Source: Sedimentisphaerales bacterium | GTDB lineage: Bacteria > Planctomycetota > Phycisphaerae > Sedimentisphaerales > Anaerobacaceae | Length of the DNA: 64,000 nt | Direction: 5' to 3' | Assembly: GCA_963708075.1 (NCBI GenBank) | Contig: OY970194.1 | Coordinates: 5,344,001-5,408,000 of the forward strand | Part shown: one piece after another, positions 20,460-30,680 of the stretch | How the letters are laid out: each line of letters begins with the position of its first letter | Position numbering within the stretch: the stretch's first letter is position 1 | Notes under the pieces: model-generated | Seen by the model: only the letters and a program-made list of their open reading frames with translations | Told to the model about the DNA's origin: nothing | Databases searched by the model: none | Position numbers and translations under genes: made by a program

Positions 20460-22592
20460 ATGGCATTACGGCGGAAAAACCATCCGGGCGAATGCTCCAC
20501 AGTCACACTCCCTGCCCTCATTCTGCTCCTGACCCTGTGCACGGTGACCTCCGCCGTCGAATTCGCCGGCGGCACCGGCGACCCGAACGACCCATACCAA
20601 ATCGCCACCGCCGACCAGCTCATCGCCATCGGCTCCGACCCCAACCTGCTCGACAAGCACTTTGTGCTCGTTGCAGATATCGATTTGGGAGCATATTTGT
20701 TCTCTTCGTCCCCGATCGTGCCCGTATTAGATACTCAGACTGCTATGCTTCAGAATGGGGCTTTTCAAGGGGTTCTTGACGGCAACTGCCATGTCATACG
20801 CAACCTCACTATCAATGGCTCCACCGCATCGTACATGGGGCTTTTCGGAAGTGTCGGGTGGGCGGGACAAGTCAGAAGGGTGGGACTGGAAGGCGTGACA
20901 ATCTCCGTGGCGACAGGAGCGGCGGGCAGTCTGGTCGGACTCAACGGAGGTCGGATCATCGAATGTTATGCCACAGGCTCACTCCGTGGACCCCAGTCGG
21001 ATTGCCTCGGGGGACTCGTGGGCAACAACATCGGCGGTATGATCATGCGCTGCTACACAGACGTGTCCATTACGGGGCAAGGGCGTCTCGGCGGACTCGT
21101 GGGAGACCTGCTGAGTGGAACCGTCGCGGAATGTTTTGCCGCCGGCTTGCTCGCCGACTATGTTGCCGGTCCGTTATCCAGTCCGGAAGATCAACACGCA
21201 ACCCGCTGGTGCGGAGGTTTGATCGGTATCGCGCGAACCGCTGCCGCTCGGGTGCGATCCTGTTACTACCTTCGAGGACTGGAACGCCATCCAAGCGCCG
21301 CCGACGTCGGAACGATGCTTACCGACTCTCAGATGAGCGAGAAGGCCAGCTACAGGGACTGGGACTTCGTCCATGAGGACCAGGATGGTTTGATGAATCA
21401 CTGGTTCATGCAAGAGGCGGCCCGTCCTGTCTTGACTTGGCAGACGAACGTGACGCAGCACGTCATCGTGCCACCCGCAGTCGGTCTTTCATTGGATCAG
21501 GCTCAATCCATATTGCAGTCCTGTGGCCTTTCCCTAGGCAGCGTGGAATATGACTACCACGAAACCCTCGCGGAGGACCAGGTGGCGTTCACACGACCGA
21601 TCATATATGCTCCGGTAGGTGGGATCGTAGATGTGACAATCAGTCATGGCCCCTACGATTGGTCAACTAATCCGGGGGACGGAACCGAAGCTCATCCGTA
21701 CGAAATCGAAACCCCCGGACAAATGCGATGCCTTGGGCGTTCTGCGTCGCTATATGACAGACATTTCGTGCTTATCGGTAACCTCGACATGCGCGGCCAA
21801 GCGTGCGAGACGGCCTTGGTCGCACCAGATCCGACAGATCCACGCATAAACTATGATAGAGGAGCACCAACCACCCCGCCGATGTTCTCGGGCTTATTTG
21901 ACGGGGGAGGGCATACGATCTCCAATCTTCACGTACAAGGAATAGGCAAGGGTTGTGGTGTCTTTGGCGCGGTCGATCGTCACGGGAGAATCCAGGACCT
22001 ATGCGTCCAAGGCATCTATGTCTGTGGAGAGGCCATGGTTCGTGTCGGAGGGCTGGTGGGGCACAACGGCGGAGAAATCATCAATTGCAGGGCGGATGCC
22101 CATGTCAGCGGCCTATCGCAGGTCGGCGCGCTCGTCGGGGCTAACTATGGTCAGGTGACCGCAAGCTGTGCGGCTGGATTGGTGTCTTTTGGCGATCTTA
22201 TGGGGGGATTAGCTGGTGTCAATCTGGATACGATTGCCGACTGCTACGCAAGTTCGTCAGTCGATGGGCGAGATGTGGTCGGTGGGCTTGTAGGCGACAA
22301 TTACTTCGCAAGAATCACGACGAGCTATTCGTCAGGCCAAGTGAACGGTACACGGTTCGGCGGATTAGTGGGACGAAGCAACCATGCCGTGGTTGAATCG
22401 AGCTTCTGGAATGTAGAAGCCAGTGGCGTCGCCCGGAGCGACGGCGGTACGGGGCTGGCCACTACCAATATGCAGGCATCGGGGACCTTCATTGGAGCCA
22501 GCTGGGACTTTGAGAGTGTTTGGATGATCTGCGAGGGGCGGGACTATCCGCGGCTGCGGTGGGAGGGGGTTGAGTGTGAGGCGGGACATTGA
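20460..22592 (+). CDS. GLUG-repeat protein 4 with PASTA-like domain
   Basis: FAGGTGDPNDPYQI, GGLVG repeats, VPPAVGLSLDQA, terminal WDF...DYPRLRWE. Confidence 0.85.
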   Translation: MALRRKNHPGECSTVTLPALILLLTLCTVTSAVEFAGGTGDPNDPYQIATADQLIAIGSDPNLLDKHFVLVADIDLGAYLFSSSPIVPVLDTQTAMLQNGAFQGVLDGNCHVIRNLTINGSTASYMGLFGSVGWAGQVRRVGLEGVTISVATGAAGSLVGLNGGRIIECYATGSLRGPQSDCLGGLVGNNIGGMIMRCYTDVSITGQGRLGGLVGDLLSGTVAECFAAGLLADYVAGPLSSPEDQHATRWCGGLIGIARTAAARVRSCYYLRGLERHPSAADVGTMLTDSQMSEKASYRDWDFVHEDQDGLMNHWFMQEAARPVLTWQTNVTQHVIVPPAVGLSLDQAQSILQSCGLSLGSVEYDYHETLAEDQVAFTRPIIYAPVGGIVDVTISHGPYDWSTNPGDGTEAHPYEIETPGQMRCLGRSASLYDRHFVLIGNLDMRGQACETALVAPDPTDPRINYDRGAPTTPPMFSGLFDGGGHTISNLHVQGIGKGCGVFGAVDRHGRIQDLCVQGIYVCGEAMVRVGGLVGHNGGEIINCRADAHVSGLSQVGALVGANYGQVTASCAAGLVSFGDLMGGLAGVNLDTIADCYASSSVDGRDVVGGLVGDNYFARITTSYSSGQVNGTRFGGLVGRSNHAVVESSFWNVEASGVARSDGGTGLATTNMQASGTFIGASWDFESVWMICEGRDYPRLRWEGVECEAGH

Positions 22593-22666
22593 TTTGGCGT
22601 TATCATTCTTATAGAATAGGTCGATAATGGAATTGGCGAGGAAACCGTTTTAGGGGAGGTTTCAAC

Positions 22667-25600
22667 ATGAAACGGACAGGAATCCTGATCGGTGTCATCA
22701 TCACAATCATGGTCGGCGTGTGTGCGGCCGGGCCGCGGGACGACCTGTGGAACCAGGTGACCCGTGCGATCAACCAGGGCCTGCCCAAGACGGCCGTCGA
22801 ACTGCTGGAGCAGATCGTTCCCGGGGCCGTGGCGGACCAGGCGTACGCCGAGGCCACCAAGGCCATCTGCATCAAGATCGTGCAGGAAACCCGCATCCAG
22901 GGGAACAAGGCGGAGGAAGGGATCGTCCGGCTGCAAGCGGAGATCGCCAAGGCCCCGGAGCCTATGAAGCCGGTGATGGAGGCGGTGCTCGCTCACTGGT
23001 ATTGGCTGTACTTCCAGCAGAATCGCTGGCGATTCGTGCAGCGGACGGCGACGGCCGAGCCGCCGGGCGAGGACTTCACGACCTGGGACCTGTCCCGCAT
23101 CCTGGCGGAGATCGACAAGCACTTCACGCTGGCCCTGTGTAGCACCCCCGCCCCCGGGGGTGATTCCTCGAATTCCACAGCCGAGGGCGGCTGTGCCACA
23201 TTGCTCAAGACCACGCCCATCGGCGACTGGGACGACCTGCTGGAAAAGGGGAGCGTCCCGGATACGTACCGGCCCACGCTTTACGATTTCCTGGCGCACG
23301 ATGCCCTTTCGTTCTACAACTCCGGCGAGCAGGCGGGCGCCTCGCCGCAGGACAGCTTCCACATCATGGCCGACAGCCCCATCTTCGCTCCCGTGGACGG
23401 GTTCCTCGCATGGCAGCCGCAGACCTCGGACATGCAATCGGCCAGGCTCAAGGCTGTCCGGCTCTATCAATCCCTCCTGGACTTCCACCAGAACGACAAG
23501 GACAAGACCGCGTTCATCGACGCCGATCTTTATCGCCTGGAGTTTGGCTACAACCAGGCTCTCGGACCCGACAAGGCCGACCTGTACATGGGCGCCCTGG
23601 AGGATTTCACGGACCAGTGGAAGAGTCACGAGCTCAGCGCCCGCGCGTTCTACGCCTGGGCCGGCGTCGAGTACGCGCAGAGGAATTACGTTCACGCGCG
23701 CGAGCTGGCTGCGGAGGGATGGGACACCTGGCCCGCGAGTATCGGAGGCATCAGGTGCTACAACCTGATCCTGCAGATCGAGGGCCGGTCCGCCTCGATT
23801 GTGACGGAGCGGGTGTGGAACGATCCCCTGCCGGACATCGCTGTCACCTACCGCAACGTCACGCAAGTCTTTTTCAGAGCGGTGCCGGTCGGATACCAGC
23901 AGCTCATCGAGCGGAATTCGACCTATGTGAGCGATCAACAGCTCGACGCCTTGCTCGCAGCCGCCCCTGCACTCGAATGGAACGCGGAACTACCGCCCAC
24001 GAAGGATTACCAATCGCGGACCGAGAAGCTGCCTGCGCCCAAGGGCCTGGCCCCCGGCTGCTACTACATCCTGGCCAGCCACGACCCTTCGTTCAAGCTG
24101 ACCGACAATAAGATCAGCATCGCGGTGGTCTGGGTCAGCGATCTGGCGCTGGTCATGCGGAGTATCAGCCGGGACGGCGTGGTCGAGGGATTCGTGCTCG
24201 ACGCACGCACCGGGCAGCCCATCGCCAATGCGACGGCGACGCGATGGATCTGGGGAGACTACAATTCCACGTGGCAGTGGCAATACCGGCCGGCGGACCA
24301 GGCGAAATCCGACGAGAACGGCCTGTTCCGCTTCACCGCTCGGGACAACAAGCAGGAGCAGTTCCTGATCGTGGTCGAATCGGGCAACCAGAGACTGGCC
24401 AGTCAGGACACCTACACCACTCATGACGGGTACGGCTCGCCGAGCCCGACGCAGCAGACCATCTTCTTCACGGACCGCTCGCTCTATCGCCCCGGCCAGA
24501 CCATCCATTACAAGGGCATCTGCATCCACATGGATACCGTGGGCGACAACTACCAGACGCTGGCCGGCAGGCACCTGCTCGTGTTGTTCCTCGATGCCAA
24601 CGGGCAGGAGATCACCCGCCAACAGCACCTGTCCAACGACTACGGCGCGTTCAGTGGCAGTTTCATCGCCCCGCGGGATCGCCTGATGGGGCGAATGGCC
24701 CTGCGCGTCAGCAGCGGTCCCTCGGGCTACACGTCTTTCAACATCGAGGAGTACAAGCGACCCAAGTTCCAGGTCCGGTTCGACCCGCCCGCCGACGCGC
24801 CTAGGCTCGATACCGAGGTCGTCGTGCCGGGCACGGCGACGGCCTACACCGGCGCCTCCATCGGGGGAGCCAAGGTCGCCTGGCACGTCGTGCGCCAGGT
24901 GCGCTTCGCCCCCTGGCGATGGTGGGTCCGCTGGACGCCTTCTTCATCGCAGGCCCAGGTTATCGCCCTCGGTGAATCGGTGACGGCGTCCGACGGGTCG
25001 TTCCAGGTCCCGTTTGTCGCCAGTCCCGATCTGACCGTGCCGGAGGAGGATGAGCCGGTCTTCGAGTTTCAGGTCCATGCCGACGTGACGGACACCACCG
25101 GCGAGACCCGCTCGGCCGACCACACGGTGCGTGTGGGCCATACTGCCCTGCAGGCCACGGTCTCGGCCAACGCATGGCAGACGCTGGATAAGCCGGTGGA
25201 GTTGACCGTCAGGACGCAGACCCTCAACGGCCAGGGTGAAGCGGCGGAAGGCACCCTCCGCGTGCATGCTCTGAAGCAGCCGGATAAGGTCGTACGTAGC
25301 GCCGCCCCGCTGTACTACGCCTATTATGCGTCCCCGACCGAATCCGATCTGTCCAATCCTGATACCTGGGAACCGGCCGAGTTGATCAGTGAGCAACCTT
25401 TCAAGACCGACGCCCAGGGCCAAGTCACCATTGCTGTTCCGCTGGAGGCGGGTATCTATCGCGCCACGGTGCAAACCCGGGACCGTTTCGCAAAGCCGGT
25501 CAACGCCCAGTGCACCATTCACGTAGTGGACCCGCAGGCGACGCATTTCGGCGTGCGCATCGCCAACCACTTCGCCGCCCCGAGTTGGTCCGTCCAGCCG

Positions 25601-28600
25601 GGCGAATCCTTCACGGCCCTGTGGGGCACGGGTTATGACACCGGCCGGGCCTACGTGGAGCTGGAATGCCGCGGACAGGTCCTGCGCGCCTGGTGGACCG
25701 ACCCGAGCCGGACCCAGGAACTGATCGCGCAGGAGGTCACGGAGGACATGCGCGGCGGATTTACCCTGCGCGTCACGTATGTGCGGGAGAACCGCGCGTA
25801 TCTGAATCAGCAGATCATCAGCGTACCCTGGACGAACAAGGAACTGACCCTTGCGTGGGAGCGCTTCCGCTCGTTGCTGGAGCCGGGACAGAAGGAGACG
25901 TGGACCGCGGTCATCACCGGCCCGGACGCGAGGAAGGCCGTCGCCGAGATGGTGGCCGCCATGTACGACGCGTCGCTGGACCAGTACCTCAAGCACGACT
26001 GGCTTCACAGCTTCAGCGGCTTCCGCAGCGAGGGCAGTCGCTTGAGCAGCCGGTTCGAGAACAGCACGCTGACATTCGGCAGCACTCGCGTCATCTGGTA
26101 CATACAGTACAAACCCGTGGCACTCTCCTATCGCTACTACCTGAGCGAGATCATGCTCCAGGTGTACTCCAGCGGGGGCATTGCCTACCGCGGCGGTCCC
26201 GGCGGGCCGGCCAAATCCGGAGGCGACGACCTCGGTTACTCGGAACCGGCACCGGGCGGCGCGCCTCCCACGGAGGGCACATCGGACAATAACCAGACCG
26301 GGGCTGAATCCGGGCCGGACCTGAGCCAGGTCTCCGCGAGAACGAATCTCGATGAAACCGCGTTCTTCTTCCCGCATCTTGTCTCCAGTGCCGACGGCGT
26401 GGTGCGCATGGAGTTCACGATGCCCGAGGCGCTGACGCAATGGAAGTTTCTCGGCTTTGCTCACGACAAACAGATGCGCAGCGGCTACCTGACGGACACG
26501 ACCGTGACGGCCAAGGACCTGATGGTCGAGCCGAACCCGCCGCGATTCATGCGCGAAGGCGACGTCATCGAGTTCACCGTCAAAGTCACGAACAGCTCGG
26601 CCGCCCGGCAGACGGGCAAGGTCATGCTGACGCTCTCGGACGCCCGCACGCTGGAAGTCCGCGACGAGGCCCTGGGCAACACGGCGCCCGAGCAGGATTT
26701 CGACGTGCCCAGCGGGGAGTCGCGCACGTGCTCGTGGCGGCTGACTGTGCCCGACGGCTGCGAGATGCTCATCTACAAGGCCGTCGGCGCGACGACCCGA
26801 CTCAGCGACGGCGAACAAGGCTATCTGCCCGTGCTCAGCCGCAGGATTCTGGTCATCGAGTCCCTGCCCCTGCCCATTCGCGGGCCGCAGACGAAGGAAT
26901 TCGAGTTCACCAAGCTGCTCAACTCCGGCCAGTCGGATACCCTCGTCCACCAGAGTCTCACCGTGCAGATGGTGTCCCAGCCCGCGTGGTACGCGGTGAT
27001 GGCGCTGCCCTATCTGATGGAACACCCCTACGAGTCCAGTGATCAGATCTTCAACCGCCTGTACGCCAACTCGCTGGCGGCGGACATCGCCAACTCCGAC
27101 CCGAAGATCCGGCGGATCTTCGACCAGTGGAAGGCCACGCCGGCCCTCGACAGCCCGCTGGAGAAGAACGAGGACCTCAAGGGCATCGCCCTGGAGGAGA
27201 CTCCGTGGGTTGTGGAGGCCATGGCCGAATCGCAGGCCCGCAGGAACGTCGGCATCCTCTTCGATCAGAACCGGCTCAGCGACGAGACGGCCCGCGCCCT
27301 GTTCGAGCTCAAGCAGAGGCAGTACGCGGACGGCCTGTGGCCGTGGTTCCCCGGCTGTCGCGGCAACGAGTACATCACGCTCTACATTGTCACGGGCTTC
27401 GGCCGCCTGCGCCACCTTAGTGGTCAGCAACTCGACGGCAATACCACGGGTTCTGGCCGCGTGCGCCACCTCGGCGTCGCGCAGCTCGACGTCAGTTGCG
27501 CCGTCAATGCCCTCAGTGCCTTGGACAGGTGGATGGACGAGCAGTACCGCTGGATCCTCGCACACGGCGATAAGGAACAGAACCACCTGAATCCGACCGT
27601 GGCTTACTACCTGTACGGCCGCAGCTTCTTCCTGGCCGATCAGCCCATCGCCGCCGAGTACCAGGAGGCGCGCGACTACTGGCTCGGCCAGGCCCGCCAA
27701 TACTGGCTGTCCCTCTGGCGGCAGTCCCAGGCCCACCTCGCCATCGGCCTCAAACGCTTCGGCGACAAAGACACGCCCGCGGCGATCATGAAGTCGATCA
27801 AGGAGTTCAGCGTCACGAGCGAGGAGCTCGGCATGTACTGGCGCGACACGGAGCGAAGCTGGTGGTGGTATCACGCGCCCATTGAGACGCAGGCGATGAT
27901 GATCGAAGCGTTCGATGAAGTCATGGGCGACGCCCGGGCCGTCGAGGATTGCCGCGTCTGGCTGCTCAAGCAAAAGCAGACTCGCGACTGGAAGACGACC
28001 AAGGCCACCGCCGACGCGGTCTATGCCCTGCTCCTGCGCGGCGCAGACATGCTGGCGTCCGACGCCGTCGTCGAGGTGGCGCTGGGCGGCGAATGGATCG
28101 AGCCCGAACAAATCGAGGCGGGCACAGGGTTCTATGAGGAGCGATTCGTGCGCGGCGAGATCGAGCCCGAGATGGGCCACATCACGGTCAAAAAGGTCGA
28201 CCAGGGCGTCAGTTGGGGCGGCGTGCACTGGCAGTACCTCGAAGACATGAGCAAGGTCACGCCCTACGAGGGCACGCCGTTACAGCTTCACAAGACCATC
28301 TACGTCAAGAAGACGACCGCGTCGGGCCAGGTCCTGTTGCCTGTAGCCCAGCCGCCCTCGGCTGGGGAACCCGAAGGATCACCGCCGGGGGCGGCGGTGC
28401 TACATGTCGGCGACGAGCTGGTCGTCCGCATCGAGCTGCGGGTGGATCGTGACATGGAGTACATCCACATGAAAGATCAACGCGGCAGCGGCACCGAGCC
28501 GGTGAACGTCCTGAGCCGGTACCGCTACCAGGACGGCCTGGCCTACTACGAATCCACGCGCGACACCGCCACGCACTTCTTCATGGACTACCTGCCCAAA

Positions 28601-28735
28601 GGCGTCTATGTCTTCGAGTACTCGACGCGGATTCAGCACAGGGGCAACTACCAGACGGGCATCGCGAGCATCCAGTGCATGTACGCCCCCGAGTTCAACA
28701 GCCACTCCGAGAGTTTCAACCTGGAGGTGAAGTAG
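22667..28735 (+). CDS. Bacterial alpha-2-macroglobulin family protein
   Basis: 2022 aa with signal peptide, FFTDRSLYRPGQ (MG2), EEYKRPKF, RTNLDETAFFFP, PNPPRFMREGD and MYAPEF. Confidence 0.92.
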   Translation: MKRTGILIGVIITIMVGVCAAGPRDDLWNQVTRAINQGLPKTAVELLEQIVPGAVADQAYAEATKAICIKIVQETRIQGNKAEEGIVRLQAEIAKAPEPMKPVMEAVLAHWYWLYFQQNRWRFVQRTATAEPPGEDFTTWDLSRILAEIDKHFTLALCSTPAPGGDSSNSTAEGGCATLLKTTPIGDWDDLLEKGSVPDTYRPTLYDFLAHDALSFYNSGEQAGASPQDSFHIMADSPIFAPVDGFLAWQPQTSDMQSARLKAVRLYQSLLDFHQNDKDKTAFIDADLYRLEFGYNQALGPDKADLYMGALEDFTDQWKSHELSARAFYAWAGVEYAQRNYVHARELAAEGWDTWPASIGGIRCYNLILQIEGRSASIVTERVWNDPLPDIAVTYRNVTQVFFRAVPVGYQQLIERNSTYVSDQQLDALLAAAPALEWNAELPPTKDYQSRTEKLPAPKGLAPGCYYILASHDPSFKLTDNKISIAVVWVSDLALVMRSISRDGVVEGFVLDARTGQPIANATATRWIWGDYNSTWQWQYRPADQAKSDENGLFRFTARDNKQEQFLIVVESGNQRLASQDTYTTHDGYGSPSPTQQTIFFTDRSLYRPGQTIHYKGICIHMDTVGDNYQTLAGRHLLVLFLDANGQEITRQQHLSNDYGAFSGSFIAPRDRLMGRMALRVSSGPSGYTSFNIEEYKRPKFQVRFDPPADAPRLDTEVVVPGTATAYTGASIGGAKVAWHVVRQVRFAPWRWWVRWTPSSSQAQVIALGESVTASDGSFQVPFVASPDLTVPEEDEPVFEFQVHADVTDTTGETRSADHTVRVGHTALQATVSANAWQTLDKPVELTVRTQTLNGQGEAAEGTLRVHALKQPDKVVRSAAPLYYAYYASPTESDLSNPDTWEPAELISEQPFKTDAQGQVTIAVPLEAGIYRATVQTRDRFAKPVNAQCTIHVVDPQATHFGVRIANHFAAPSWSVQPGESFTALWGTGYDTGRAYVELECRGQVLRAWWTDPSRTQELIAQEVTEDMRGGFTLRVTYVRENRAYLNQQIISVPWTNKELTLAWERFRSLLEPGQKETWTAVITGPDARKAVAEMVAAMYDASLDQYLKHDWLHSFSGFRSEGSRLSSRFENSTLTFGSTRVIWYIQYKPVALSYRYYLSEIMLQVYSSGGIAYRGGPGGPAKSGGDDLGYSEPAPGGAPPTEGTSDNNQTGAESGPDLSQVSARTNLDETAFFFPHLVSSADGVVRMEFTMPEALTQWKFLGFAHDKQMRSGYLTDTTVTAKDLMVEPNPPRFMREGDVIEFTVKVTNSSAARQTGKVMLTLSDARTLEVRDEALGNTAPEQDFDVPSGESRTCSWRLTVPDGCEMLIYKAVGATTRLSDGEQGYLPVLSRRILVIESLPLPIRGPQTKEFEFTKLLNSGQSDTLVHQSLTVQMVSQPAWYAVMALPYLMEHPYESSDQIFNRLYANSLAADIANSDPKIRRIFDQWKATPALDSPLEKNEDLKGIALEETPWVVEAMAESQARRNVGILFDQNRLSDETARALFELKQRQYADGLWPWFPGCRGNEYITLYIVTGFGRLRHLSGQQLDGNTTGSGRVRHLGVAQLDVSCAVNALSALDRWMDEQYRWILAHGDKEQNHLNPTVAYYLYGRSFFLADQPIAAEYQEARDYWLGQARQYWLSLWRQSQAHLAIGLKRFGDKDTPAAIMKSIKEFSVTSEELGMYWRDTERSWWWYHAPIETQAMMIEAFDEVMGDARAVEDCRVWLLKQKQTRDWKTTKATADAVYALLLRGADMLASDAVVEVALGGEWIEPEQIEAGTGFYEERFVRGEIEPEMGHITVKKVDQGVSWGGVHWQYLEDMSKVTPYEGTPLQLHKTIYVKKTTASGQVLLPVAQPPSAGEPEGSPPGAAVLHVGDELVVRIELRVDRDMEYIHMKDQRGSGTEPVNVLSRYRYQDGLAYYESTRDTATHFFMDYLPKGVYVFEYSTRIQHRGNYQTGIASIQCMYAPEFNSHSESFNLEVK

Positions 28736-28789
28736 CTTCGCCACATCTGAAGACTCCATAATCCGGGTAGCCGTGGCAAGTGCAGGCGT

Positions 28790-28847
28790 GTTCGTAGTGT
28801 GCCCGTAAGGGCATACAGAAGTAACGCCTTACGGCGTCACTACGAAC
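28790..28847. repeat. Palindromic repeat family C (also 790-814 and 54700-54748)
   Basis: gttcgtagtg...gcccgtaagggc...aacgccttacggcgtcactacgaac. Confidence 0.75.
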
Positions 28848-29231
28848 GAGGCCTTCGCCCTTGCCGCCACCCGCCGAAGGGATGGCAGAATCGCTGCAGC
28901 GCAAGGATCTCTCCGACCTGCACGCGAGGGGCTAAGCGATTCTGCCAAACAAACCGAATTTCCCGTATGTCCGCCGGGAACTGAGGCTCTGTATCTATGT
29001 CAATAAGGATGAGCGTATATACGGACCAAAGCCGACGGCCGATGGACCGCGGTACGAAACAAACCCAATGTGTCGGGCCCGGGCCACCTCCGTGGGCGGG
29101 ATTTGCCGCTTGCGGCGTGAGGGCGGGCTCGGCTATATAGGGGGGACGTGGCCGGGCCGTTCCCGGCGGAGAACCAGGTACCCCCGAGGCAGGGGGGGCG
29201 ATATAGGGAGACCTTTCTCAGGAGATCGAAC

Positions 29232-30176
29232 ATGCAACGACGAGAATTCTTAGCGACATCATGTGCGGCGGGATTGGCTTCGCTGGCCGGCAGTGCGGCA
29301 ATGGCTCAGGACCCGCCGGCGCGTCTTCCGGGCGAATCGGAGGCGCAGTATCGCGCCCGGCTGGTTCGGACCAAAGCCGCGCAGGAGGCGGCAGCGAAAA
29401 ACGAGGCAGGCGTGCAGGCCTCCGGACGTCTTCCCAATGAATCGGAGGCGGCGTATCGCGCCCGGCTGGTTCGCTCGACGGCACGTGACTGTTACGAGCT
29501 GCGGCGGTACGAGATCGAGACGCCGGAGCAGAAGGCGGGCTTCGACAAGTTTGCCGCCGGCGCGCTGATCCCTGCCCTCAACCGGCTCGGCATTGAGTCC
29601 GTCGGCGTATTCTATCCCGAGAAGGACCTCAGCCCGATCTATGTCCTGATTCCGCACAAGTCACTCATCTCCTTCGCCACGCTCACGCAGAGACTGTTTG
29701 AGGACCAGGAGTTCCAGCAGGCGGGGGCCGAGTTCGTGGACGCCCCGGCGGACAAGCCCGCGTACAAGGTTTTGGAAACCCAGGTCATGGTCGCCTTCAA
29801 GGGCATGCCGCACCTGGAGGCGCCGATCCGCGACGACGGCCGCATCTTCCAGCTTCGCACCTATGAGAGCCCCAGCGAGAAAACCGGCCTCAAGAAGATC
29901 GAAATGTTCAACACGGGCGAGCTGGACATCTTCCGCAAGGTCGGCCTGCACCCCGTCTTCTTCGGCCAGACCCTCGCCGGCGCCAAGATGCCCAACCTCA
30001 CCTACATGCTTGTCTTCAAGGACGCCGAGGAGCAGCAGGCTAACTGGAAGAAGTTCGGCGCCGATCCCGACTGGCAGAAGCTCCGCGCGATGCCCGAGTA
30101 CATGGACAAGGCCATCCTCCGCCAGAAGGGCATCACCAACCTGATCCTCAAACCCGCCCCTTACTCGCAGATCTAA
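29232..30176 (+). CDS. Tat-exported NIPSNAP-family protein
   Basis: MQRREFL; YELRRY and IFQLRTYESP...KIEMFN...PNLTYML (tandem NIPSNAP domains); AGGAG SD. Confidence 0.85.
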   Translation: MQRREFLATSCAAGLASLAGSAAMAQDPPARLPGESEAQYRARLVRTKAAQEAAAKNEAGVQASGRLPNESEAAYRARLVRSTARDCYELRRYEIETPEQKAGFDKFAAGALIPALNRLGIESVGVFYPEKDLSPIYVLIPHKSLISFATLTQRLFEDQEFQQAGAEFVDAPADKPAYKVLETQVMVAFKGMPHLEAPIRDDGRIFQLRTYESPSEKTGLKKIEMFNTGELDIFRKVGLHPVFFGQTLAGAKMPNLTYMLVFKDAEEQQANWKKFGADPDWQKLRAMPEYMDKAILRQKGITNLILKPAPYSQI

Positions 30177-30207
30177 CCCCGCACCCCGCGGCAATTGACC
30201 AATCCAA

Positions 30208-30245
30208 AGGGCCGACGGCTCCAAACCCGTCGGCCCTGTTCTTTT
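30208..30245 (+). terminator. Intrinsic terminator
   Basis: agggccgacgg / ccgtcggccct stem followed by gttctttt. Confidence 0.7.
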
Positions 30246-30398
30246 CGACTTGCCCGCGTGGCCGATCCTCGTGTGCTCCTGTTACCTTGATAGGCGAGCG
30301 GGGACGCTCGCCCTACGCTGAGGTCTTACTCTTCCGTAGGTCGTGCGTCCCCGCACGACGCTCTCCGCCGAGCCAATACCAGCCATTTGCACGGACTC

Positions 30399-30493
30399 TG
30401 TCATCCTGAGCGCAGCGAAGGATCTGGCCCGAGCATGAGAACAAGCACGGGGCACGTTCATTACCCGGCCGCTTCACTCCGTTCAGCATGACA
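30399..30493. repeat. TGTCAT-class palindromic repeat
   Basis: tgtcatcctgagcgcagcgaaggatct ... ttcactccgttcagcatgaca imperfect inverted ends. Confidence 0.65.
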
Positions 30494-30680
30494 AGCCGGT
30501 CCGGCTTATCGTCGCATCACAATATCTAATAATTCCCAGCCCCTTGCGGGACAAGGACTTACGCGCGAAACGCGCGTCCGCCGCAGAATTGTATGGATAA
30601 ACTCACATACATAGTTTATAATGTAGTAAACATACTGGAGAGACCGTGATTTGACAACCAAGTCATGAAAGGGCGAGAAG

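Noticed and set aside
10365..22592. Diversity-generating retroelement or invertible shufflon acting on GLUG genes
   Set aside because: No reverse transcriptase or recombinase in the window, all genes are co-oriented, and I saw no adenine-specific differences between repeats
24944..28228. 1094-aa minus-strand ORF
   Set aside because: Antisense shadow of the A2M gene caused by GC-rich codon bias; no recognisable motifs
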